DNA of 64,000 nucleotides, from NCBI GenBank assembly GCA_963727485.1, contig CAVSGM010000001.1:1120001-1184000 (forward strand), given 5' to 3'. This stretch comes from an uncultured delta proteobacterium (GTDB lineage: Bacteria; Myxococcota; Myxococcia; SLRQ01). The notes under the pieces are model-generated. The model was not told where the DNA came from. It searched no databases and saw only the letters and a program-made list of their open reading frames with translations. The position numbers and the translations under genes were made by a program. Positions within the stretch are counted from its first letter, which is position 1; the number at the start of each line of letters is the position of its first letter. Below are positions 1 through 8,374 of this stretch, piece after piece.

Positions 1-48
1 GGCCACCCGGCCGCTCGGGGGCGAACATAGGGAGCCCCCCCGGGTGGG

Positions 49-2949
49 TCAACGCCCCGGGCGGTGGCGACGGCGTCCCAGGACCATCCCGGCCAGCAGG
101 AGCAGCCCGAGAAGCGACCCGTCGCCGCCGCCGGTGCTGCAGCCGCCGCAGCCCAGCGGCCCGCTCGGGGGCTGGGCCACCGGCTGGAGGATGAAGTCCT
201 GGTGGGTGTCCGAGGTGAGGGTCACCCCCGCCTGGGCCGGGACGTAGCCCGGGTGCCCGGCGCGGACCTTGTAGCTGCCCGGCTGGAGGTCGGGGGCGTG
301 GAAGTGGCCCTTGCCGTCGGTGGTGAGGTTCTGGGTGGTGGGGCCGTCGAGGTGGACCTGGGTCCCGCCCCAGCTCCCGGTCTGCTGGTCCGCGAGCTGC
401 ACCACCCCGTCGAGGGTGAAGCCCTGGCCGGCGGCGCGCTCCAGGGCCGCGTCGAGGGTGGTGTCGGCGGCGAGGGCGAGGCCGCTCTGGGTGAACGGCG
501 TGTAGCCCGCGGCGGTGATGCTGACGTCGTAGGTGTCCGCGTGGATCCCGGTGATGAGGTAGTGGCCGGTCTGGTCGGTGGTGCCGGTGAGCGAGAGGCT
601 CCCCGAGCCGCCGGTGAGGGTGACGGTGGCGCCGACGATGGGCAGCGAGAGGTTCTTCACCGTGACCTGCCCCCGGAGGGTCAGCGCCTCGGTCTTCTTG
701 GCCAGCGCGACGGAGAGGCCGCTGACGGCCTTGCCCTTCACCGTGAGCTGGAGGCTCTGGGGCGCGTAGCCCACCGCCGAGGCGGTGAGGGTGTAGTCGC
801 CGTCGGGGACCAGGTGCACGGTGAAGGCGCCCTGGCTGTCGGTGGTCGCCGAGAGGGCCCCGGGCTCCAGATCCAGGGTGGCGCCGGCGATGGGGCCCGA
901 GGTGGTGGCGTCGACCACGTGGCCGCTGACGTCGTAGCCGGTGGGGATGATGGTGAGGACGAGGTCCACGCCGGTGACGTCGCTGGTGGTCCCCACCGTG
1001 GCCGTCACCGTCGCCGCGTTGAACCCGGTCTTGGAGCCGCGGACGGTGTAGCTCCCCGCCTGCACCCCGGTGAAGCCGTAGGTCCCGTTGGCGGCGGTGG
1101 TGGTGGAGCCGGTGGTGGGGCCGCCGGTGAGGTCGACCTTGGCGCCGCCGATGGGCGTGCCGTCGGGGCGGGTGACCTTGCCCGAGAGCTTCACCCCGGG
1201 CTGGGGCGTGAGGGCGAAGTCCTGGGAGGTGTCGGCGGCGAGGTTCAGGGTGGCGGTGCCGTCCTGGTAGCCCGAGAGGTGGGCGGTGAGGGTCACGCTC
1301 CCGCCGGGGAGGGTGAGCTGGTAGCTGCCGCTGGCGTCGGTGGTGGCGCTCTGGCCCCCGCCGCTCACCGTGACCCCCGGGAGGGCGTTGGTGGTGGCGC
1401 TGTCGGTGACCGTGCCGCTGACCACGTAGGTGAAGCCACCGGCGTCGGCGCCCGGCGAGGGGCTCGCCTCCACCGCCCAGGTCTGGGCCAGGTTCTCGTC
1501 GGTCTCGTCGTCGCGGTTGCCCGTCCCCGGGTCGAGGACGCCGTTGTAGCTGGCGCCGCTGCGCTCGCTGCCCTCGCTCATGTCCCGGCGGGCGATGGCG
1601 CTGGCCGCCGGGGCGGGGCTGGTGTTCACGGTGCCCGAGTCGTCGCCGTAGGTGCTGGCGCCGGCGGTGACCCCGGTCTTCACCGGCGCCTGGTCGGCGG
1701 CGGCCGGGGCGCCCCAGACCACGATGTCGAGGTCGTGGACCAGGTCCTCCCCGGGGAGGGCGGTGTAGAGGGCCACGAACTCCCCGGCGGGGGCGAGGGC
1801 CGGCGCGGCGCCCACGCTCCCGGTGAACGCCGGGGGCATCGAGGCCACCACCGCGTCCGGCGCCTGGCCGTAGGCCGACTGGAAGGTGGCGCCGTCCACC
1901 AGGCTCACGGTGGCGAACGCCCCGGGCGCCAGCACCGTCCCCGGGGCGAACCCCACGGCGAAGTCGGCGGGGTCCACCGCGGCCGGGGCCTGGAGCTGCT
2001 GGGGGTAGCCGGGGCTGTCGGTGAGGAAGATCCCGTCGAGGGAGAGCGGCACCGCCGAGGGGTTGTGGACCTCCACGAAGGGCCCGGCGGGATCGGTGAC
2101 CACCTCGGTGATCAGCGGGAGGGCGACCCCGGTGGTCTCGTCGACCACCCGCGCCATGCCGCGCTGGGGCTTCACCTGGAAGTGGAGGACGTGCCACCGG
2201 GTGCCGGTGAGGCCGTAGCCGGCGGGCGTCGCCCCCGGCGCCCCGAAGTGCCAGCCCCCCGCCCCCAGCGAGGCGGTGAAGGCCGGTCCCTGGACGGCCA
2301 CCCGCCACCGGGAGCTGGCGGCGGCGTGGTCCTCGGCGGAGAGCAGCTCGAGGTCCAGGGTGGCCCCCGAGCCCGAAAAGGCGGTCGCCGTCCCCGCCGG
2401 ATCCCAGGCGGTGCCCCCGAAGGCGGACTGGATGTCCCCGGCGACGAGGAGGGTCCCCTGGGTGTTCCAGTCGTCACTGATGGAGGGGATGGGCCCGTAG
2501 CCCTCGCACTGGAGGATGGTGGTGGGATTGGTGCAGGTGGCGGTGGTGGGCTCGCTGGGGTCGGCGGCGGTGGCGTAGAAGACCTTCACGGTCCGGGCGG
2601 CGCCGTCGGGGAAGGAGAGCTGCATCGGGGTGCCGTCCGCCGAGAGCAGGGGGCTCGGGGTCACCCCCGAGGGCGGCACCACCTGGTACTCGATGATCCG
2701 GGGCGTGGTGGGGTTGGCCGTGTCCGCGGGGAGGGTGAGCGTCCCGGTGTAGAGGCCGTCGCCGGCGGTGGCGTCGCCCCCGGTGGCGCCGTCGTCGTAC
2801 ATGGGCACCGGGGTGTTGTCGGTGAAGGCGCCCCCCTGGACCCGCCACTCGATCTGCTGGGCCCGGGCGGCGCCGGGCAGGAGGAGGGCGGCGAGGAGCA
2901 GGCCTGCGGCCAGGGAGGCGCCGGGGCGCGCCAGGGTCTTGGCATTCAT
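49..2949 (-). CDS. Large secreted surface protein: choice-of-anchor X-like motif, lamin-tail-like domain, ~5 carboxypeptidase-regulatory-like (beta-sandwich) repeats, MYXO-CTERM anchor
   Basis: ATG at 2949 overlaps the upstream stop (ATGA). Signal peptide MNAKTLARPG...AARA; YDDGATGGDATAGDGLYTG motif; LITEV...FVEVHNP (LTD-like); repeats of SGxVTD...GA.V...TTD..G.Y...G.Y.L.AS..GY; C-terminal GCGGCSTGGG + hydrophobic helix + RRRHR. Confidence 0.85.
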   Translation of the reverse strand: MNAKTLARPGASLAAGLLLAALLLPGAARAQQIEWRVQGGAFTDNTPVPMYDDGATGGDATAGDGLYTGTLTLPADTANPTTPRIIEYQVVPPSGVTPSPLLSADGTPMQLSFPDGAARTVKVFYATAADPSEPTTATCTNPTTILQCEGYGPIPSISDDWNTQGTLLVAGDIQSAFGGTAWDPAGTATAFSGSGATLDLELLSAEDHAAASSRWRVAVQGPAFTASLGAGGWHFGAPGATPAGYGLTGTRWHVLHFQVKPQRGMARVVDETTGVALPLITEVVTDPAGPFVEVHNPSAVPLSLDGIFLTDSPGYPQQLQAPAAVDPADFAVGFAPGTVLAPGAFATVSLVDGATFQSAYGQAPDAVVASMPPAFTGSVGAAPALAPAGEFVALYTALPGEDLVHDLDIVVWGAPAAADQAPVKTGVTAGASTYGDDSGTVNTSPAPAASAIARRDMSEGSERSGASYNGVLDPGTGNRDDETDENLAQTWAVEASPSPGADAGGFTYVVSGTVTDSATTNALPGVTVSGGGQSATTDASGSYQLTLPGGSVTLTAHLSGYQDGTATLNLAADTSQDFALTPQPGVKLSGKVTRPDGTPIGGAKVDLTGGPTTGSTTTAANGTYGFTGVQAGSYTVRGSKTGFNAATVTATVGTTSDVTGVDLVLTIIPTGYDVSGHVVDATTSGPIAGATLDLEPGALSATTDSQGAFTVHLVPDGDYTLTASAVGYAPQSLQLTVKGKAVSGLSVALAKKTEALTLRGQVTVKNLSLPIVGATVTLTGGSGSLSLTGTTDQTGHYLITGIHADTYDVSITAAGYTPFTQSGLALAADTTLDAALERAAGQGFTLDGVVQLADQQTGSWGGTQVHLDGPTTQNLTTDGKGHFHAPDLQPGSYKVRAGHPGYVPAQAGVTLTSDTHQDFILQPVAQPPSGPLGCGGCSTGGGDGSLLGLLLLAGMVLGRRRHRPGR

Positions 2950-3464
2950 GGCGTCGCCTCCACGTCGGCGGTGAGCAGGTAGTCGGCGCTCATGTCGGAG
3001 TAGACCTCGAGGAGGTGGTCGCCGGACACCGGGAGGGCCAGGTGGTACTCGATGACCCGCTGGTCCCCGGCGAGGGCGAAGAAGTCGGTGTTGGTCACGT
3101 CCTTCACCGTGGCGTCGCCGCAGTCCGGGTCGAAGGCCTGCTCCAGCAGCTCGGTGCCCGGGTAGACCTCGGTGGTGAGGAGCAGGCGCACCACCAGGGT
3201 GGCGCCCTTGGCGTCCGAGTGGACCACGACCTTCTGGTCCCCGGGGAAGGTCCCCCGGACGAAGTGCTGGCCGTCGAGGACGCAGCCGGCCTGGGTCTGG
3301 CACTGGGGGACGGCGCCGGTGCAGAGGTTCTCGATGCGCCCCTGGGTGAAGATCTGCTGATCGGACATGCACCCGGAGAGGGCCAGGACGCAGGCGGCGG
3401 CCAGGAGGACGAATTGACCCCCAAGCGGGCCCCTGCTACTCGGAAGGCTCGGCTGGTTCAGCAT
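2946..3464 (-). CDS. Cys-containing lipoprotein, function unknown
   Basis: C-terminal part of ORF 2946..4142; lipobox LALSG-C; stop coupled to the next gene. Start codon uncertain. Confidence 0.7.
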   Translation of the reverse strand: MLNQPSLPSSRGPLGGQFVLLAAACVLALSGCMSDQQIFTQGRIENLCTGAVPQCQTQAGCVLDGQHFVRGTFPGDQKVVVHSDAKGATLVVRLLLTTEVYPGTELLEQAFDPDCGDATVKDVTNTDFFALAGDQRVIEYHLALPVSGDHLLEVYSDMSADYLLTADVEATP

Positions 3465-3524
3465 GGAATGGCGACCGTGATGGGGTGGGGCACGACCCGA
3501 GCGGCGACGCGCCGGGCCCGCGTG

Positions 3525-4420
3525 ATGGCGGCGCTCGGGGCCGTCGTGGTGGCGGGGGCGGCACACGCGTCGCCCCCGACGGTGGCGGTGCGGGTGCTCC
3601 CCGAGGGGGGCGGCGCCGACGCCCGGATGGCGGCGCGGCTGGTGGACGACGCGACGCCGAAGACGGTGAAGCTGGTGCCGGTGGCGAAGCTGGCCCCGGC
3701 CGCGCCCAAGGGCGCCCCGGATCCCCTGGAGGATCGGGCCCGGGGCCTCGAGCTCAAGCTGCGCTTCCGGAAGGCCGCCGCGGTGTGGAAGCGGCTCCTC
3801 GACCGGCTGGTGGCGAGCCCCGAGCTGGTCCGCGACCCCGGGCACATCGCCCGGGTGCAGGTGGCGCTGGCCGCCGCGTACGCCGAGGCCGGGGAGCCGG
3901 ACCTGGCGGTGCTCCAGTTCCGGGAGGCCCTGGCCCTCGACGCCAGCTTCCGACCCGGGCCCGCGTACCCGCCGCGGGTGCGCGCGATCTTCGCCCGGGC
4001 CCGGGCCGCGGGGCCGGCGCTCCCGCCCACGCCCAGCGACGCGGTCCTCGACCAGGTGGCGGCCTCGGTGGGCGCCAAGGGGGTCCTGTGGGTGGCCGTG
4101 GGGCGCGAGAACGGCCAGCGGGTGCTGGTGCGCCGCCTCCACCTCCGGGGGACCAAGGACACCTCGGCGGAGGTGCGCACCCGGATCCCCACGTCCACCG
4201 GCGTCGCCCAGGTCCGCCTCGAGGCCGCCGGGAGCCGGCTCCGCGCCGAGCTCGCCATCGCCTTTCCGGCGCCCCTGCCGCCGCCGCCGCCGCCGGTCCC
4301 TGGTTCCGCCACACCTGGGTGATGGCCACGGGCATCGGGGTCCTCGGCGCCGTGGTCGCCGGGGTGGTCGCCGCCGAGACCCTGGGGCCGCGCCGGGTCA
4401 CCGTGGTGGTGAAGCATTGA
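3525..4420 (+). CDS. TPR-like exported protein with C-terminal TM helix (frameshift near 4300)
   Basis: Signal peptide MAALGAVVVAGAAHA and helical TPR-like repeat ARVQVALAAAYAEAGEPDLAVLQFREALALD. Poly-Pro linker in frame 3015..4322 continues as PWFRHTWVMATGIGVLGAVVAGVV in frame 3485..4420, whose stop overlaps the next start. Confidence 0.7.
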
Positions 4421-5880
4421 GCCGGCGCCTCGCCCTGGCGGCCCTCGCCGCCCTGGTCCTGGTGGCGCCGGGCTGCGCCAAGGACGTGGGCAGCCTGGTG
4501 GTCTACGTCTCCCGGTCGTCCCAGGTGCAGCAGGACCCCCTGGACCCGACCCTGGTGAAGTACCTGCGGGTGCGCATCGAGGGCCCGGGGATGGGCGTGG
4601 TGAGCCAGACCTTCCCCTTCACCGCCGGGGGCAGCTCCTCGCCGCCGCCGGTGCCCGTGGGCAAGGACCGGGTCATCACCCTCGAGGGCCTCGCCGGCCA
4701 GAGCGGGCCGGTGGTGAGCTGGGGCCAGAGCCTCCCGCTGACCATCGTCCCCGGGCGCAACGAGGTCGAGCTCTACCTGGGCCTCACCGGCCGCTTCTCC
4801 TCGGCGTCGGGGGCCGGCCTCTTCCAGGGGCGCTTCGACGCCACCGCCAGCGTCCTCGGCACCGGGCAGGTGCTCATCGCCGGCGGGGCCAGCGGCGGCA
4901 CCCTCGACGCGCCGGCCACCCCGGTGGCCTCGGTGGAGCGCTTCGACCCCACCGCCGGCCGGGTGGTCGCCGCCGGGGACTGCGCCGCCGGGGACGCCCT
5001 CTGCCTCGGCACCCCACGCTTCGGCCAGTCGGCGGTGGTCGAGGGCGACGCGGTGGTCCTCCTCGGCGGCCGCGACGACCAGGCGCTGATCCCCGGGGTG
5101 GAGCGCTGCGACGCCCAGGGCTGCGGCAAGCTGGGCACCCTCGCCAGCCCCCGGTGGCTCGCCGCCAGCGCCGTGGGCGGTGACCGGGGCTTCATGGTCG
5201 GCGGCGACGAGGGCTCGGGCCCCTCGTCGGCGGTGGACCTGGTGACCGCCGGCCCCAAGGTGGCCCCGGGCCCGGCGCTGCCCACCCCCCGGGAGGGGGC
5301 GAGCGCCGCGGTCCTCTCCGACGGCAGCCTGGTGGTCCTCGGGGGCCAGGATCCCACCGGCCTCCTCGGGGACGCCCTGGTCCTGGCCCACGGCACCCAC
5401 GCCTACGCCGAGGTCTCCGGCACCGGTACCGACCCCAGGCGCGACGGCGCCGCGGTGACCCTCGCCGACGGCCGCGTGCTCTGGATCGGCGGCCAGGACG
5501 TCACCGGCGCCTCCGACGAGATCGACCTCTACGACCCGGCGACGAAGCACCTGTGCCCGGTGGGCCACCTGGTGCGGGCGCGGTGGCGCCTCTCGGCGGT
5601 GCGCCTCGACGACGGCCGGGTGCTGGTCGCCGGCGGGCTCACCGGCGCCGGGGTGCCCACCGCCGAGGCGGAGCTCCTCGACCCCCGCTTCGTCCCCGCG
5701 GGCACCACCTGCCAGGGCGTCGCCGACACCCTGGAGAGCCAGGCGGCACCCCGGCTCGCCCACCGGCGGGCGGGTCACGTCTCGGTCCTCCTGCCCAACG
5801 GCCTGGTGCTGGTCGCCGGGGGCCTCGACGAGTCGGGGACGCCGCTCAAGAGCATCGAGCTGTACGTGCCCGCCAGCTGA
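4417..5880 (+). CDS. Kelch-repeat (beta-propeller) lipoprotein
   Basis: Lipobox VAPG-C; repeated R..ASA.VL.DG.VLVAGG...S.ELYDP Kelch motifs; TTG start overlapping the upstream TGA. Confidence 0.88.
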   Translation: MSRRLALAALAALVLVAPGCAKDVGSLVVYVSRSSQVQQDPLDPTLVKYLRVRIEGPGMGVVSQTFPFTAGGSSSPPPVPVGKDRVITLEGLAGQSGPVVSWGQSLPLTIVPGRNEVELYLGLTGRFSSASGAGLFQGRFDATASVLGTGQVLIAGGASGGTLDAPATPVASVERFDPTAGRVVAAGDCAAGDALCLGTPRFGQSAVVEGDAVVLLGGRDDQALIPGVERCDAQGCGKLGTLASPRWLAASAVGGDRGFMVGGDEGSGPSSAVDLVTAGPKVAPGPALPTPREGASAAVLSDGSLVVLGGQDPTGLLGDALVLAHGTHAYAEVSGTGTDPRRDGAAVTLADGRVLWIGGQDVTGASDEIDLYDPATKHLCPVGHLVRARWRLSAVRLDDGRVLVAGGLTGAGVPTAEAELLDPRFVPAGTTCQGVADTLESQAAPRLAHRRAGHVSVLLPNGLVLVAGGLDESGTPLKSIELYVPAS

Positions 5881-6405
5881 CTACTTGCACAGGGTCGCAT
5901 CGCTCACGCCCGGCTTCACGTTCACCGGGGAGGTGCAGTCCACCTGGCCCCGGGTGCTGCCGTCGGCGATGGTCTGGGCGCAGATCGGGACCACCAGGGT
6001 CGGGTAGTCGTCGGCGTTGGACTGGATGATGATCGCCGCGTTGTCCGGGTTGGAGCGGACGGTCTGGTCACCGTAGGTGATCCGCAGGGCGGCCTCGGCC
6101 CCCGGTGCCACCTTGTTGATGTCCGGGCCCTCGAGGGTGAAGGCCTTGTTCTTGTCGTCCACCAAGCAGACCTTGGAGATCACCAGCTGCTCGGTGCCCT
6201 CGGACTGGAGGAGCAGGGTCCAGGCGTAGGGCGCGTACTTGTTGGAGCCGTAGTCCGGCTGCTGGCCCGAGGGCAGGGGGTAGAGGTCACCGAGGGAGAC
6301 CGGCGAGAGGTCCGGGCGGATGTGGACCCCGGCGTTCTTCGGCGGCGCCCCGCAGGCGGCGAGGCCGAGAGCGCCGGCCAGGGCGAGATAGCGAAGCTTT
6401 GTCAT
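5881..6405 (-). CDS. Lipoprotein with Ig-like (ASH/choice-of-anchor D-like) domain
   Basis: MTKLRYLALAGALGLAA-C lipobox; GGAGGGG RBS upstream; LQSEGTEQLVISKV...VAPGAEAALRITY...IIIQSNA pattern. Confidence 0.75.
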   Translation of the reverse strand: MTKLRYLALAGALGLAACGAPPKNAGVHIRPDLSPVSLGDLYPLPSGQQPDYGSNKYAPYAWTLLLQSEGTEQLVISKVCLVDDKNKAFTLEGPDINKVAPGAEAALRITYGDQTVRSNPDNAAIIIQSNADDYPTLVVPICAQTIADGSTRGQVDCTSPVNVKPGVSDATLCK

Positions 6406-6464
6406 GGGAACCCCCTCCACGGCGGCCTCCGGGGCGGGCCGCCTCCATGGCGCGCCAGCTGGCG

Positions 6465-7802
6465 TCACCGATCCTTGCTGTAGAGACCGTGCTTGTGCAG
6501 CAGGTCGTAGAAGTACTTCCGGTTGAGGTGGGCCTCCCGGGCGGCGGCGGCGATGCGGCCACCGGCGCGCTCGAGGAGGCGCTCGAGGTACTCGCGCTCG
6601 AAGGCGTCGACCAGCGACTCCTTGGCCTCCTTGAAGGGCCGGGTGAAGTCGACGTCGGGGAGCGGGCCCTCGTCGTCGTCGTCGCCCGGGCCCACCGGAC
6701 CCTGGAGGCTCACGGTCTCGGCCCCCTCGAGGCCCAGGAACCGCAGGCGGTCGAGGACGTTGCGCAGCTCCCGGACGTTCCCCGGCCAGCTGTGGGCGAG
6801 GAGCTGCTCCCGGAGCGCCGGGGCGAACCCCCGCCAGCCCTCGGCCTCGCCGAGCAGCCGGCTGGTGAGGACCTCGAGGTCCTCGGTGCGCGCCCGGAGG
6901 GGCGGCAGCTCCACCCGGACCACGCTCAAGCGGAAGAAGAGGTCCTCGCGGAACCGTCCCTCGCGGACCAGGCGCGACAGGTCCTGCTTGGTGGCGGCGA
7001 TGACCCGGAGGTCCAGGTGCTTGGAGCGGGTGGAGCCCAGGCGCCGCACCTCGCGCTCCTCGAGGACCCGGAGGAGCTTGGGCTGGAGCTCGAGGGGGAG
7101 GTCGTCGATCTCGTCGAGGAAGAGGGTGCCCCCGTCGGCCTGCTCCAGGGCCCCGGCCCGGGCGCTCACCGCCCCGGTGTAGGCGCCCTTCTCGGCGCCG
7201 AAGAGCTCGCCCTCGATGAGGGTGTGGCTCACCGAGCCGCAGTCGACCACCACGAAGGGGCCGCCGGCCCGGTGGCTGGCGGCGTGGATCGCCCGGGCGG
7301 TGGCCCCCTTGCCGGTGCCGGTCTCGCCGGTGAGCAGGAGGGTGGCCTCGGTGGGCGCCACCCGCTCCAGGACCGCGAACACCCGGCGCATGGCCTGGCT
7401 TCTGCCCACCAGATCGCCGAAGTGGTCCTCGGTGGAGGGCGGCACCTCGTCGGCCTGGTACACCGGCTGGAAGAGGAGCACCACGTTGCCCACCTGGAGC
7501 CGGGAGCCGGGGCGGAGGTAGGCCTCGCGCACCCGGGTGCCGTCGACGAAGGTGCCGTTGGTCGAGCCCAGGTCGCGGATGAGGTAGCCCTCGTGGCGCT
7601 TCTCCACCATGCAGTGGTTCCGGGAGACCGCGGCGTCGGGGAGGCAGAGCCCCGAGGCCGGATCCTTGCCGATGGAGAGCGCCGCGCCGTCCAGGCGCAC
7701 CCGTCGTCCCGACTCCGGCCCCTCGAGGACCACCAGGGTGACCTCGCGCCGGGTGACCGCGGCGTTGGCCGTCGGCAGGACGTCGGTGCGCTCGATGCTC
7801 AC
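6465..7802 (-). CDS. FHA-domain sigma54-dependent transcriptional activator (FHA-AAA+-Fis HTH)
   Basis: GTG at 7802 overlaps the upstream stop. FHA motifs IGK...VSRNH...DLGSTNGT; Walker A GETGTGK; GAYTGA loop; LFLDEI; FREDLFFRL; WPGNVRELRN; C-terminal HTH. Confidence 0.93.
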   Translation of the reverse strand: MSIERTDVLPTANAAVTRREVTLVVLEGPESGRRVRLDGAALSIGKDPASGLCLPDAAVSRNHCMVEKRHEGYLIRDLGSTNGTFVDGTRVREAYLRPGSRLQVGNVVLLFQPVYQADEVPPSTEDHFGDLVGRSQAMRRVFAVLERVAPTEATLLLTGETGTGKGATARAIHAASHRAGGPFVVVDCGSVSHTLIEGELFGAEKGAYTGAVSARAGALEQADGGTLFLDEIDDLPLELQPKLLRVLEEREVRRLGSTRSKHLDLRVIAATKQDLSRLVREGRFREDLFFRLSVVRVELPPLRARTEDLEVLTSRLLGEAEGWRGFAPALREQLLAHSWPGNVRELRNVLDRLRFLGLEGAETVSLQGPVGPGDDDDEGPLPDVDFTRPFKEAKESLVDAFEREYLERLLERAGGRIAAAAREAHLNRKYFYDLLHKHGLYSKDR

Positions 7803-8374
7803 TTCCCGACCCACAGCACCTCGTTGTTGCCCCCCGAGGAGACGTAGGCCTTGTAGGCCTGCCACCAGGCGTCGGTGGCCTTCTCCAGGGCAATGCGAGC
7901 CGTCTCCGCCGTCTCCTGGGCCTTCTTGAGCCGGGCCCGGGCCGAGTCGGTGGACTTGTGGATGGGCTTGAGGTCGTAGACCGCCAGGTCGTAGCGCATG
8001 GCGGTCTGGGCGTTGGCCTGGACCCGCTTGGCCCGGGCGAGGTCGAGGTTCGCCCGGGCGGCGTCGAGCTCGAGCTCGCGGTAGCGCACCCGGTCCTCGG
8101 TGGCGGTCTTCAGCTTGGCCGCGGCGTCGGCGGCCTTGGCGCCGCTCGGCCACTTGGTGGTGGCCATGAGGTGGTCGCGCCAGGTCCGCGCCGAGTCGAG
8201 GTCCGATTGGGCCTCGTCGCGCCAGGCCCGGGCGATGGCGACCGCGTCCTCGGCGTCGGCGACCCAGCGCCGGGCCTTGGGGGGCAGGCGGGTGTCGTGG
8301 ATGGAGAGGGTCGCCACCGTCTGGGCGCAGCCCCCGAGGAGGAGCACCGTGGCGAGGAGGGGAAGCCGTCTCAT
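7799..8374 (-). CDS. Coiled-coil lipoprotein
   Basis: MRRLPLLATVLLLGG-C lipobox; Ala/Arg-rich helical heptads; 4-nt overlaps with both neighbours. Confidence 0.8.
   Translation of the reverse strand: MRRLPLLATVLLLGGCAQTVATLSIHDTRLPPKARRWVADAEDAVAIARAWRDEAQSDLDSARTWRDHLMATTKWPSGAKAADAAAKLKTATEDRVRYRELELDAARANLDLARAKRVQANAQTAMRYDLAVYDLKPIHKSTDSARARLKKAQETAETARIALEKATDAWWQAYKAYVSSGGNNEVLWVGK

Noticed and set aside
3487..3503. Possible sigma54 promoter GGCACGACCCGAGC
   Set aside because: The -12 element lacks TT and the start sites here are uncertain; chance match likely.
6421..6464. GC-rich inverted repeats after the activator gene
   Set aside because: Short, no U-tract, and expected by chance at this GC content.
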